A DNA stretch of 64,000 nt from positions 3,965 to 67,964 of IMG/VR virus record IMGVR_UViG_3300029374_000334. One strand, written 5' to 3'. The position numbers and the translations under genes are program-made. Shown in pieces: positions 48,001 through 57,228 of this stretch; positions within the stretch are counted from its first letter, which is position 1; every line of letters starts with the position of its first letter. The notes beneath the pieces were generated by a model. That model was not told the DNA's origin and made no database searches. It saw nothing but the letters and a program-made list of their open reading frames with translations. The stretch comes from a virus.

Positions 48001-49884
48001 AAACAGTTGCAAGAAATGCTCTCCGCAAAGGACATCACGGCAGAGAATGCACAGATACTGGCAGAGCAAATAAACAAAATTGACACTCAAATCACATCGA
48101 AAAAAAGCGAGTGGAAATCTGCCTTTGGTCTTGTTATTCCAGAACTGGAAAAAATGCGTCAGTTAGAAAAGGAAGCAGCAGACGCACAAGATGAAGTAGT
48201 ACGAGCGACGAAAGACTACAACGACTCCTTGAAAGAAGTAGAGCAGACGCAACAATCTATTGTTGACCTGCTATCGCAGAATGGCATACAAGCAAATACT
48301 TCTGACATCACCTCACAGAATAGCCAAGAATATATTGACCAATTATCAAGCACAGGAAAGGGCACAAAGGAACTTGCTGACCTATTCTCCAAGTTAGGTG
48401 AGAAAGAGCGTGGATTGACAAAAAACACGCAAACTCTCAATACAGCGACAACGAAAGCTGGGCAAGCAGCAGCTAAGGCAGGAGGAAGTTTCGCATCAAC
48501 CGTTGCTATAATTGACACAGTTATACAGAAGGTCAATCAGAACGTACAATCAGCAGTCGGACTTTTGGACGAGTTGGGTATAGCTGACACTAAGTTCGGG
48601 CAAGGCTTTAGTTCATTCGCCCAAAGCAGCCAGTATGCCACAGGAGCGTGGAACAGTCTAAAAAGCGGTGACTTTGCAGGAACTGCAAAAGGTGTCCTTG
48701 GCTCTCTCCGTACTCTTGGCGATGCCCTTGGTGATTGGGGTATACCCGGATTTGGTAGCAGTGATACAAGCCTTGCCAAAGATGTAGAACGCCTTACCGC
48801 AAGCAACGAGAACCTGCAAAAATCCATAGATGTATTGTCCGACAAAATGGATAAGGCAACCTCCATGTCTGAAATCACACAGACCTACGAGCAACAGAAA
48901 AAGTATCTTGAGCAATCCATCAAGAATACTCAGGAAATGATGAGCCGTGAGGGTAAGGTTAGCTCAAAAGGTTTTTTGGGTATCGGTAGCAAAGCATCGT
49001 CTAACCATAAAATAAACAAAGCTCTTTCATACTCAGAATGGGATCGAGTAAGTTCTATTGTAGGACGTTCTGTAAGAAGCGCAAGCGATTTTTGGAACTT
49101 GACAAGTGAAGAAATGGCTAACGTGGCTGCTTATGCCGGAGACATATACGACAAGATAAAGCAACACGCAGACGACGGCAAAGGGAATGCTGCCCAGTAC
49201 ATGGATACATACATTAGCTACTATAAGCAGTTGGAGGAGTTGGAGAATACACAGAGAGAAAAAATGACTAACATTTCTTTCGATAATGTGAAGAGCGAAT
49301 TTTCAGACTTGCTGTCTGACATGAACTCCGAAACCGAAGATTTCACGAATAACTTTGAGGAGATGATGCGGAATGCTATTGTCAACTCTCTTATGGTCAG
49401 CAAGTATAACAAGATGTTGGAAGACTGGTATAAGGCATTCTCCAAGGCTATGGAGGACGACACCCTTACTGAGACCGAGAAAAACAACCTCAAAAGCCAG
49501 TACGACAGCATTGTTGCCGATGCAAAAAGTGAACGTGATGCTCTGATGAAAACACTGGAACTTGACACAACAAGCAAAAGCCAATCTGCCACAAGCGGAG
49601 GATGGCAGTCAATGGGTCAAGATACCGCTGACGAGTTAAACGGACGCTTTACTGCTCTACAGATAGCAGGAGAGCAAGCAAAAGTGAACACTGATTTAAT
49701 TGTCTCCGCAGTAAATACACTCGTAGCTAAGACTGATGCAAATTTCATTACCCTTTCGGAAGTCCGTAATATGATGATAATAACAAATTCCTATCTCGAA
49801 GACATCAGAAAGTACAATAAACTGACTTATGAGGAGTTCGGCAGCAAACTGGATGATATAAAAATGTCTTTAAAAAATCTTTAG
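45079..49884 (+). CDS. tail tape-measure protein (1,601 aa)
   Basis: Very long, Ala/Gln/Lys-rich, coiled-coil-heavy, with a transmembrane-like stretch (ILTVATAFGTYKAALLAVIAAQ); typical tape-measure architecture and position. Confidence 0.8.
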   Translation: MGALKFEITGTCESLKNALRDAQMAFHTTADAAEQQGQRIDALLGKLKETAAMIGVGFGVKEFGRKVMEVRGQFQQLEMAFTTMLQSESKANDLMNQLVRTAATTPFDLQGVAEGAKQLLAYGTSAEEVNGTLVRLGDIAAGLSIPLNDLVWLYGTTMTQGRMFTQDLRQFQGRGIPIAEEIAKIKGVAVDAVGDLVTAGKVTSDVVKQAIESMTAEGSKFGGLMEAQSHTITGQISNIEDSIDMMFNSIGQKSEGVINTTLSGVSYVVDHWETVGKIILTVATAFGTYKAALLAVIAAQKISNTLTAEAALQQKLAAMSGIALSQAEVVAAARTTLFAAAWNGLKTAIMSNPIGLILGIVTSAAAAFYLFGDSTDEAAEKQEKFGESADKAADKVESLFAVLQSASSTSKVHKDALNELKGIADEYGITLSKEGDLAQQLIDKKEALIGVIREEAIERQRANDITEASDAYQKNIQDLKDKIKDTLSDDFSDMQKNQLVNLISEEDIKKITDAYNTMISAEKKSIELTGTWNSRFSNKQIGEYNKTITDLANKIGVYSKALGVSEKSANDAKRAIQKNGMALATTRKEYDDTVNATNKAAAAAQSAEMATDGLTESQRSLSDKTRMAKENVNDLANEIKKMIETYNNSNINIQISYDELNTPPAWMQGVAQKMSSDQLKNLASQHQSRANRMRSHKAQTGRDLVVKNQQGYYTNEREEQVMAGQYAILAQQKKTEEENARRAAEEAKKKKTKSTTKKDDKKQLEQQQKDYAALIKKHEQERKREAEDLAFSTTEAEIAAMKDGTEKTIAQIDLDFKKKETEINRAYEDLKQQKIDKARELWKADPNNKNKVFDEKTVDTSYSKAETDNYNAQLKANQEAHDRSLAQEFAKEHQALNDYLKEYGDYQQKKLAIQQEYSEKISKAQTQGERMSLQAALDKSLSDLSTSELKASIDWEGVFNDLDSVSLEYLQKLKKQLQEMLSAKDITAENAQILAEQINKIDTQITSKKSEWKSAFGLVIPELEKMRQLEKEAADAQDEVVRATKDYNDSLKEVEQTQQSIVDLLSQNGIQANTSDITSQNSQEYIDQLSSTGKGTKELADLFSKLGEKERGLTKNTQTLNTATTKAGQAAAKAGGSFASTVAIIDTVIQKVNQNVQSAVGLLDELGIADTKFGQGFSSFAQSSQYATGAWNSLKSGDFAGTAKGVLGSLRTLGDALGDWGIPGFGSSDTSLAKDVERLTASNENLQKSIDVLSDKMDKATSMSEITQTYEQQKKYLEQSIKNTQEMMSREGKVSSKGFLGIGSKASSNHKINKALSYSEWDRVSSIVGRSVRSASDFWNLTSEEMANVAAYAGDIYDKIKQHADDGKGNAAQYMDTYISYYKQLEELENTQREKMTNISFDNVKSEFSDLLSDMNSETEDFTNNFEEMMRNAIVNSLMVSKYNKMLEDWYKAFSKAMEDDTLTETEKNNLKSQYDSIVADAKSERDALMKTLELDTTSKSQSATSGGWQSMGQDTADELNGRFTALQIAGEQAKVNTDLIVSAVNTLVAKTDANFITLSEVRNMMIITNSYLEDIRKYNKLTYEEFGSKLDDIKMSLKNL

Positions 49885-50087
49885 CAGTTAAGCCATCGTG
49901 ATAGTGTCATGGTGGCTTTTTCGATTTTAAAAAGTTACTAAAAGTTTAATGTTTCATCGGAGTTAACAATAAAGTTAAAACAAGTTTTAACAAGAAAAAT
50001 AAAAGTTTTTCTATTTGCGCATTTTCTTATGTCTCCGTACGTTTGCATTGTCAATAAGACAAATAACCCTTTAAAATTCAATAAGTT

Positions 50088-50360
50088 ATGACATTGACAA
50101 CATCTGATTATGTAGCCATCGCTTCACAAATAGAAGAAGGAAAAGGCTCGGTAGAGTTTGAGAAAGAGAATGAAATTCTTTTCTTTGACTACTCATACGA
50201 GATTGAAGGTTATGTTGAGGACGATTATTTCAACGGCACAGGCGCTTTTGTTGAAACATCATCATCACTTTGCATTGAAGGAGTTGAGAGCTTCAACGAG
50301 GACGGAGAACAAACCTCTAATAACTTCAATGAGTCAGAACTTAATAAAATGATTGCATAA
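50088..50360 (+). CDS. small highly acidic protein
   Basis: 90 aa, D/E-rich throughout. Confidence 0.45.
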   Translation: MTLTTSDYVAIASQIEEGKGSVEFEKENEILFFDYSYEIEGYVEDDYFNGTGAFVETSSSLCIEGVESFNEDGEQTSNNFNESELNKMIA

Positions 50361-50493
50361 ATGAAAACATATAATTTCAAATCACAGCAGGAGACAGCCT
50401 TAAAGGTCTTGGAGCTAACTTTCAACAACGTAGCATTTGTTGTTACTGGACGAACACAAATAGTAATAAAATAAAAATAAAGGAGATAAAATC

Positions 50494-50784
50494 ATGGATA
50501 AAATTACATTGAGAAACAACGTAGAATGCACTGGTATGGAGAACATGCGCAGTCAGTTTATCACCATCTGTGAGCAAAAGGAGGTGGACATTGACAAAAC
50601 TTGTATCAAGCAGAACAAGGCAGACCTTGACTGCGGTGTTATGGTCGGCTATAAAGAGAATAAAATCGTGGCTGTTGCTCCTTGGCATCGCTTCATCAAG
50701 GAGGAAGACGGCAAGCGTTATTATAAACTTCTTACCTCACCATCAAGCAAGCAGTTCGACTATTTGATAAATGAACTTGGCTGA
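50494..50784 (+). CDS. hypothetical protein; a same-frame open reading continues past its TGA stop to 51051
   Basis: 96-aa ORF; downstream 88 codons in frame and stop-free but without any ATG/GTG/TTG start; hairpin 50795-50820 lies 10 nt after the TGA. Confidence 0.45.
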   Translation: MDKITLRNNVECTGMENMRSQFITICEQKEVDIDKTCIKQNKADLDCGVMVGYKENKIVAVAPWHRFIKEEDGKRYYKLLTSPSSKQFDYLINELG

Positions 50785-51211
50785 CTGCAAAATCGGGAGA
50801 ATGGTATTTGTCATTCTCCCGAAACCAAGACCGCACAAGTCAAACAACTCGTAGCTGACGGCAAATTTGAGGATGCCCTGTCAATCGTAAAATCATTTCG
50901 TATCGGTTTTACTCGTGACGAAAAAAGAACGCTCCAAATTGCACACGAATGTTTTACTGGAAACTGCAAATTTTATAATGACTTGGGCGTAAATACAGCA
51001 AACGAAATACAGAAGGCAAAAGAATTATTGGTTACACATTACTCCAAATAGTGAGAAACGAGTGTACATTTATCCCCAAATTCGGTACTATTTAAGTACA
51101 TTCTTTATATGTATATACAAAGATAGTGTACAAAACACTATTTTTAATATATTATCTGATATTTTATAATCAGATATTTTATATATTTGCATATATTTAA
51201 ATACAGCGTAT

Positions 51212-51874
51212 ATGAAGAAGATATTAGTAATTGCCCCACATGCCGATGATGAGGTTTTGGGATGCGGTGGCTATCTCCTACATCAGCGGTCGTTGACCCT
51301 CCCAAATCACCAACGTGCCAACATTAAAATCGTTGTTGGAACAATAGGTGGTATGGATAGCCGTCAAGATTATGGAACGAGATTAGCAGAGTTCAATTTG
51401 GTTTGTCACAAGTTGGAGGCAGAAGGAGAAATGCTGTTCCCTAAAATGGATGCGATGCTTGACACCGTACCAAGTCGTGAAATAATTTCTTCATTGGATT
51501 ATCAAATAGACACCTTCCGTCCCGACGAGATTTTCATAAACTACAGAAGTACACACCAAGACCATATCAAGATGTATGATTGCGCTATGGCTTCAATAAG
51601 GCTTCGTGAAGGTTATTTCCCGAAAATGGTTGCTCTCTATGAATACCCATTCGTCACAGACGGCATGGACTTGATTAATGGCGGCAAGATGTATCACGAT
51701 ATTTCTGACAATATCACTGACAAGATAAGGCTTTTCAGTCTGTATGAGACACAAGTAAGAAAATCGCCCTCTCCACTCAACAGCACCGGTATTAAAGCAT
51801 TGGCTTCAATACGTGGATTGGAATGCGGAGTAAAATACGCCGAGAAGTTCTACATACAAAGAATGATGATGTAG
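51212..51874 (+). CDS. LmbE/PIG-L family N-acetylglucosaminyl deacetylase-like protein
   Basis: Hallmark N-terminal motif VIAPHADDEVLGCGG; HQDH motif downstream. Confidence 0.7.
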   Translation: MKKILVIAPHADDEVLGCGGYLLHQRSLTLPNHQRANIKIVVGTIGGMDSRQDYGTRLAEFNLVCHKLEAEGEMLFPKMDAMLDTVPSREIISSLDYQIDTFRPDEIFINYRSTHQDHIKMYDCAMASIRLREGYFPKMVALYEYPFVTDGMDLINGGKMYHDISDNITDKIRLFSLYETQVRKSPSPLNSTGIKALASIRGLECGVKYAEKFYIQRMMM

Positions 51875-51902
51875 GAAGGAGCTACCAACTACAAAGTAAA
51901 AT

Positions 51903-52604
51903 TTGGGCATAATGAAGATAGTTACTATACATCAGCCAGAGCATCTGTCTTACCTTGGATTTTTTCATAAGGTAGCAATGGCAGATACACTTGTGCTTCT
52001 TGACAATGTGCGGTACGAGAAAAACTACTTTCAGAACCGCAATAAAGTCAATACAAGCGCAGGAGTGAGATATGTTACAGTGCCGGTCACAAACACCCAT
52101 ACCGACATTTCTGAAGTTCTGATAGCTGACAATTACGAGTTTGTCTGTAAGAAGAACGCAAAGACCATAGAGCAAGCCTACAGCAAATGCCCTTATTGGA
52201 GCAAGTACGGAAATTCTTTCTTGGATATATATACGGACTATGACGTACACCTGTCACTTTACAACGAAAGGCTGTTAAAATTTATCCTTAATGCTCTCGC
52301 CATAGATGTGGATTTAATAAAAGCCAGCAGCCTCAACGTAAGCGGAGTAAAAACGGAACTTCTTGCATCCATACTCACAAACGTAGGGGCAGACAAGTAC
52401 ATATCGGGATGCAGTGGTCGTGATTACTTAGAACTTGAAAAGATGCCTGTACCAGTCGAATTTCAGCAGTTCGCTCATCCTATATACACGCAGTGGGGAA
52501 AGACGGAATTTCAGCCTTGTATGAGTGTAATTGACGCTTTGTTTAACGTCGGGTCTGATATAATGAACATTATAAAATCGTGCAACAATGGAAAAGGAAG
52601 ATAA
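51903..52604 (+). CDS. WbqC-like family protein
   Basis: N-terminus MKIVTIHQPEHLSYLGFFHKVAMADTLVLLDNVRYEKNYFQNRNKV follows the WbqC family pattern. Confidence 0.6.
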   Translation: MGIMKIVTIHQPEHLSYLGFFHKVAMADTLVLLDNVRYEKNYFQNRNKVNTSAGVRYVTVPVTNTHTDISEVLIADNYEFVCKKNAKTIEQAYSKCPYWSKYGNSFLDIYTDYDVHLSLYNERLLKFILNALAIDVDLIKASSLNVSGVKTELLASILTNVGADKYISGCSGRDYLELEKMPVPVEFQQFAHPIYTQWGKTEFQPCMSVIDALFNVGSDIMNIIKSCNNGKGR

Positions 52605-53229
52605 AACGACAAATGGGATGGTTGTCCATTACATGGACATAGAAGAATTGATACCTGCCGACTACAACCCTCGGAGAATCACTCCCGAAGATAGACGGAA
52701 CATAAAGGCCAGTCTTGAGAAATTCGGCTTTGCTGAGCCTGTTATCATCAACCAAAATCCACAACGTAAGAACATCATCGTGGGAGGACACCAGAGGGTG
52801 ACAGTAGCAAAGGAAGAACTCGGATATACGGAGGTGCCTTGCGTCTTTGTGAACCTTGACTTGAAGGAAGAGAAAGAACTGAATGTGCGCCTCAACAAAA
52901 ACCAGGGAAGATGGGATAACGACAAATTGCAAGAGCATTTCAATTTCGATTTCCTAAAAGACATTGGCTTCACTAATTCTGATTTGAGTTTTTGGCTGTC
53001 AGACTACGCCAAAAAGTTCAACAGTATTACAAACAACAACTGCGATATGCCAGTAGTACCAAAGTTCTCGGAGAAGTATGCCTGCGTTGTGATTATCTCT
53101 ACAAATGAAATTGATACTTCATACCTCAAGACTGCGTTGAAAATAGATAAATGCAAGTCCTACAAGAACTCACGGACCGGAGAGGGAATGGTTATCAGTG
53201 TCGAACACTTCAAAAAGGCTATTGAATAA
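52588..53229 (+). CDS. ParB-like nuclease domain protein
   Basis: LIPADYNPRRITPEDRRNIKASLEKFGFAEPVIIN...GGHQRV (ParB N-terminal signature). Confidence 0.65.
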   Translation: MEKEDKTTNGMVVHYMDIEELIPADYNPRRITPEDRRNIKASLEKFGFAEPVIINQNPQRKNIIVGGHQRVTVAKEELGYTEVPCVFVNLDLKEEKELNVRLNKNQGRWDNDKLQEHFNFDFLKDIGFTNSDLSFWLSDYAKKFNSITNNNCDMPVVPKFSEKYACVVIISTNEIDTSYLKTALKIDKCKSYKNSRTGEGMVISVEHFKKAIE

Positions 53230-53230
53230 T

Positions 53231-53635
53231 ATGAAGAAACGAGGATATTACAAGTACGACCCCGTGATTTATCCAAGACTATTATGTGTTGGGATAGGTC
53301 TAAGTCAAGAAGATGCAAATAAATGCTTTTTGGGCAATAATGGAAAGTTTTTAGAAGTTGATTTCAGAGGATCAGACGCTATGACTTTCGGAAATGTTCA
53401 AGAAAAGGCATTTAATAAACTATGCAGCTTTGTCAATTTTGCAAATAAGGCAGCAATGACAATGAATGTATGTTGTCATGAAGCAAGTCATGTTTGTGAC
53501 GATATTGAAAAAGTAATAGGTATGGAACATGGGGGCGAGCCAAGTGCCTATTTGTTGGGATGGATAGCATCCTGCATAAACAAAGCCCGCTTGGGCTTCG
53601 GTGATTTTGTAGAAATTAAAGACAAGGAGAAATAG
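53231..53635 (+). CDS. hypothetical protein
   Basis: Internal ATG at 53231 after the upstream stop. Confidence 0.4.
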   Translation: MKKRGYYKYDPVIYPRLLCVGIGLSQEDANKCFLGNNGKFLEVDFRGSDAMTFGNVQEKAFNKLCSFVNFANKAAMTMNVCCHEASHVCDDIEKVIGMEHGGEPSAYLLGWIASCINKARLGFGDFVEIKDKEK

Positions 53636-54376
53636 ATGCCAGTAAAGATAGAAATCGTTATACCCTCAATGGGTAGAGCCGATAGAGTGATAACAAAAGG
53701 CTGTATCACTCATGGCATACTTTGTGTTCCCGAGAGCGAAAAACAAGCCTATGAGGAGCATAATCCAGGCATGGGCATACTTACCCACCCCGATAGCTTG
53801 AAAGGTCTTGCATTAAAGCGCCAGTACATCTATGAGCATTATCCTAACTCGTTTCAAATAGACGATGATATAAAATCCATCAACAGGCTATATACAGAAA
53901 GCGGAGAGAAAACACAGCTATCAGCCGAAGAAGCTTATGATGTCATTCAGTTCGTGGGTAATATGGCGAAATTGGCAGGATGCTATTTATTTGGACTGAA
54001 CCATAACGGCAACCCTTTGGGGTATCATGAGTTCAAGCCAATAAGATTGACCGGACCACTCAACGGCTGCATTGGTCTACTGGAAGGTAGCAAGCTATAT
54101 TTCGATAAGCGAGCCGTCGTGTCAGAGGACTATTGGATTGCGGCACTGAACGCATATCATCACAGAATGATGTGGATTGACGAGAGGTTTTCGATTGTCG
54201 GTACAGATACATTCCACAATAGCGGTGGATGCTCCAATTATCGCACCTTAGAGCAAGAAGCCGAAGACACGATGTTTCTACGCAAAACATTTGGGGAGTG
54301 CATCACGTTGAAAAAGGACACCTCAATCGCAAAACGAAAGCATCCATACCAACGAGGATTAAATATTCCGTTCTAA
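53636..54376 (+). CDS. putative GT-A fold glycosyltransferase-like protein
   Basis: N-terminal IEIVIPSMGRADRV (GT2-like beta1-loop) and FQIDDDIKSI (DxD-like). Confidence 0.35.
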   Translation: MPVKIEIVIPSMGRADRVITKGCITHGILCVPESEKQAYEEHNPGMGILTHPDSLKGLALKRQYIYEHYPNSFQIDDDIKSINRLYTESGEKTQLSAEEAYDVIQFVGNMAKLAGCYLFGLNHNGNPLGYHEFKPIRLTGPLNGCIGLLEGSKLYFDKRAVVSEDYWIAALNAYHHRMMWIDERFSIVGTDTFHNSGGCSNYRTLEQEAEDTMFLRKTFGECITLKKDTSIAKRKHPYQRGLNIPF

Positions 54377-54459
54377 TAAGCTGATTTTCAGAAAATTGCT
54401 TGCGCATTTCATTTTTTCAGACTACGTTTGCCTCAGTTAAACAATATAACATACTGAAT

Positions 54460-55092
54460 ATGAGCACATTTCAAATGAAACCAACGAAGCACGGCTACAA
54501 TTTCTTTGAGGTCGCCAGTGCTTTTCAAAAGTCCATCAGAAGATGCGATGAGAAGCAAGCAATGTTTTGGGCTGTAGAGCTCTATGAGAGCGGCTATCAG
54601 CGTTATGCGTGGAAACGCATGCTTATTATGAGTTGCGAGGACTGCGGACTTGGTGAACCAACTACAAACACCATCATCTTCAATCTGAAGCAGACATACG
54701 ACTATCTTGTATCACTGAAAGAGAGGTCGTTGCCCGAGAAGTTGCCGTTCACCCAAGCTGTCCTCCAACTGGTTCACTCACGCAAGTCACGATTTGTTGA
54801 CCTTGCTATCTCTGTCTACTGGCAAGAGAACGCTACCAAGCATTACGATATGCCAGACTATGTATTTGATATGCACACGCTTCGTGGCAAGCAAATGGGA
54901 CGTGGACTTGACCACTTCTATGCCGAAGCCGCAAAGATAAACAATGCGAACAAAATGCCAAATGAGGAAGCCTTTGAACAGATTGCAATGGAAGCAGACA
55001 AGGCAGCCATGCACCCTCAATACAAGGAGAACATCAGTTGTACGAAGAAAGAAGCTGAAAAACTGTCACAAGGAAACCTTTTTGAGCAGTAG
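54460..55092 (+). CDS. MgsA/WRNIP C-terminal-domain-like protein lacking an ATPase domain
   Basis: SAFQKSIRRCDEKQAMFWAVELYESG resembles the MgsA_C motif. Confidence 0.35.
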   Translation: MSTFQMKPTKHGYNFFEVASAFQKSIRRCDEKQAMFWAVELYESGYQRYAWKRMLIMSCEDCGLGEPTTNTIIFNLKQTYDYLVSLKERSLPEKLPFTQAVLQLVHSRKSRFVDLAISVYWQENATKHYDMPDYVFDMHTLRGKQMGRGLDHFYAEAAKINNANKMPNEEAFEQIAMEADKAAMHPQYKENISCTKKEAEKLSQGNLFEQ

Positions 55093-55117
55093 TAATTCGC
55101 TCATATAAGAGTTATAC

Positions 55118-55468
55118 ATGAATGGTAAACAAACACTCACAAAACAACAAAAAGAATTTCTGACAGTCTTTAATCAAGTCGGGGGCAATATTTCTATGGC
55201 TTGCAGACAAGCGAATATCAAGAGCCGTACTACATATTACCGCTGGCTTGAAAATGATGAATTTCGGGATGCGGTTGAGAATGTCAATGAGAGCTTTATT
55301 GACTTGGCAGAGTCTCAACTGCGTGCTGCAGTTTCACGAGGAGACATGAACGCTGTGTTTTTCCTCCTAAAGACCAAGGGCAAGAACCGTGGATATGTGG
55401 AGAGGACAGAGCAGAGCGTTTCAGTAAACGATTTCCAAAAATTGATGCAAGAACTTGATGATGAATAA
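55118..55468 (+). CDS. terS: terminase small subunit
   Basis: N-terminal helix-turn-helix typical of TerS; overlaps TerL. Confidence 0.65.
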   Translation: MNGKQTLTKQQKEFLTVFNQVGGNISMACRQANIKSRTTYYRWLENDEFRDAVENVNESFIDLAESQLRAAVSRGDMNAVFFLLKTKGKNRGYVERTEQSVSVNDFQKLMQELDDE

Positions 55469-56972
55469 GGAGAAAGCGATACAGAAGATGAAGCAATGGC
55501 GGGATGATTGGAATGTGTTTGCTCGGGAGGTGTTGAAAGCACAGCTCGATCAAGAGCAGCAGGACATTCTTTCTTCGGTTCAGCATAACCACATGACCGC
55601 CGTAGCCAGTGGCACAGCCAGAGGTAAGGACTTTGTGGCAGCTGTCGCTTCTTTGTGTTTTCTGTATCTCACTCCCAAGTTTGACAAGTCGGGTACATTG
55701 GTACACAACACCAAAGTCGCTATGACGGCACCGACCAGTCGACAGGTGGAAGAAATCATGATGCCGGAGGTGTCACGCCTTTATAAAAGAGCGAAGATAC
55801 TGCCAGGCAGATTGCTCTCAACTGGCATAAAAACGGACTTCGAGGAGTGGTTCTTGACTGGCTTCAAATCATCTGACGACAACACGGAAGCATGGTCGGG
55901 TTTTCATGCTGTGAATACAATGTTCGTTGTTACTGAAGCTTCGGGAATGTCCGAAACAGTCTTTAATGCAATAGAGGGCAACTTGCAAGGCAACTCTCGG
56001 TTGTTGCTTGTGTTCAACCCTAATATTACAACAGGCTATGCAGCCCGTGCAATGAAATCAGACCGCTTCAAAAAGTTTCGCCTCAACTCTCTTAATGCAG
56101 AGAATGTAAAGAGCAGGCAAGACAAAATCCCCGGTCAGGTAAACTACGAATGGGTAAAAGACAAAGTGGATAACTGGGCATCAGTAATCACCAAGCATGA
56201 CTATGATGTTGGAGAGGGGGATTTTGAGTTCGATGGTGTCTTGTATCGTCCTAATGATTTATTCCGTGTGAAAGTACTTGGAATGTTTCCCAAGGTGTCG
56301 CAAGACGTTCTTGTACCTTATGAGTGGATAGAGCTTGCCAACAATAGGTATAAGAAATTGCAAGCAGAATGCTTCGTGCCATCAGAATCTTGCCGTCTTG
56401 GTGTTGATGTCGCAGGAATGGGGCGTGACAATTCTGTGCTTTGTCCACGCTTTGGAGATTTTGTTCAGAAATTCATAGTTCACCAATCGGGGGGCAATGC
56501 GGACCACATGTATGTTGTAGGGTTGATAAAACAGTATGTGCAAATAAGTAGCAATAAAGCATTCATTGATACCATAGGAGAGGGCGCAGGAGTTTTTTCT
56601 CGCTTGGTCGAACTCAACTATCACAACATCTATTCCTGCAAGTTCTCAGAGAATACAAAATACCTCCATGATGAAACTGGGCAATACTCATTCGCCAATA
56701 TGCGTGCTTATCTGTATTGGGCAATTCGTGATTGGCTAAACCCGAAGCACGGACACAAAGCAGCTCTACCTCCCAACGACAAATTGACAGAGGAGTTGAC
56801 AGAAACAAAGTGGAAATTTCAAAGTAATGGGTCTATCATCATTGAACCCAAAGAAGAAATAAAGAAACGTATCAAGCGTTCCCCAGACTTCACGGATGCA
56901 CTTGCTAACACGTTCTATCCGAGAGACTGGCGAGGAATGACTGATGCAGAGCTAATGAGGGATTTTTTTTAG
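55455..56972 (+). CDS. terL: terminase large subunit (second copy in the window)
   Basis: Terminase_6-like N-terminal ATPase region, C-terminal nuclease signature RSPDFTDALANTFYP; 505 aa. Confidence 0.75.
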   Translation: MMMNKEKAIQKMKQWRDDWNVFAREVLKAQLDQEQQDILSSVQHNHMTAVASGTARGKDFVAAVASLCFLYLTPKFDKSGTLVHNTKVAMTAPTSRQVEEIMMPEVSRLYKRAKILPGRLLSTGIKTDFEEWFLTGFKSSDDNTEAWSGFHAVNTMFVVTEASGMSETVFNAIEGNLQGNSRLLLVFNPNITTGYAARAMKSDRFKKFRLNSLNAENVKSRQDKIPGQVNYEWVKDKVDNWASVITKHDYDVGEGDFEFDGVLYRPNDLFRVKVLGMFPKVSQDVLVPYEWIELANNRYKKLQAECFVPSESCRLGVDVAGMGRDNSVLCPRFGDFVQKFIVHQSGGNADHMYVVGLIKQYVQISSNKAFIDTIGEGAGVFSRLVELNYHNIYSCKFSENTKYLHDETGQYSFANMRAYLYWAIRDWLNPKHGHKAALPPNDKLTEELTETKWKFQSNGSIIIEPKEEIKKRIKRSPDFTDALANTFYPRDWRGMTDAELMRDFF

Positions 56973-56989
56973 TCGTATTTCATTTCATT

Positions 56990-57035
56990 GTATAATCCCT
57001 CATACGAGGAGGTGCCATCGTGAGATGCCACTTCC
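56990..57035 (+). terminator. hairpin plus T8 tract downstream of terL
   Basis: GGAGGTGCCATCgtgaGATGCCACTTCC followed by TTTTTTTT. Confidence 0.5.
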
Positions 57036-57228
57036 TTTTTTTTGAAAAGCTGGCATTTGCTACAATTCCATAAACAACAAAACGGACAGCCTTGCGGCCA
57101 TCCGTTATTACTAACTGCTAAACACCCTCACGGGCATATCATACTGGGAATATGTCTTATAAAAAAGACAATGCAAATATACTAAATATTTAGCATATAT
57201 GCGTATTGGAATAGATATTTAGCATTTA

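Noticed and set aside
45133-49592. Many minus-strand ORFs (60-140 aa) inside the tape-measure gene and inside other long + strand genes
   Set aside because: They fully overlap high-confidence + strand genes and have Ala/Ser/Leu-rich low-complexity translations typical of antisense frames.
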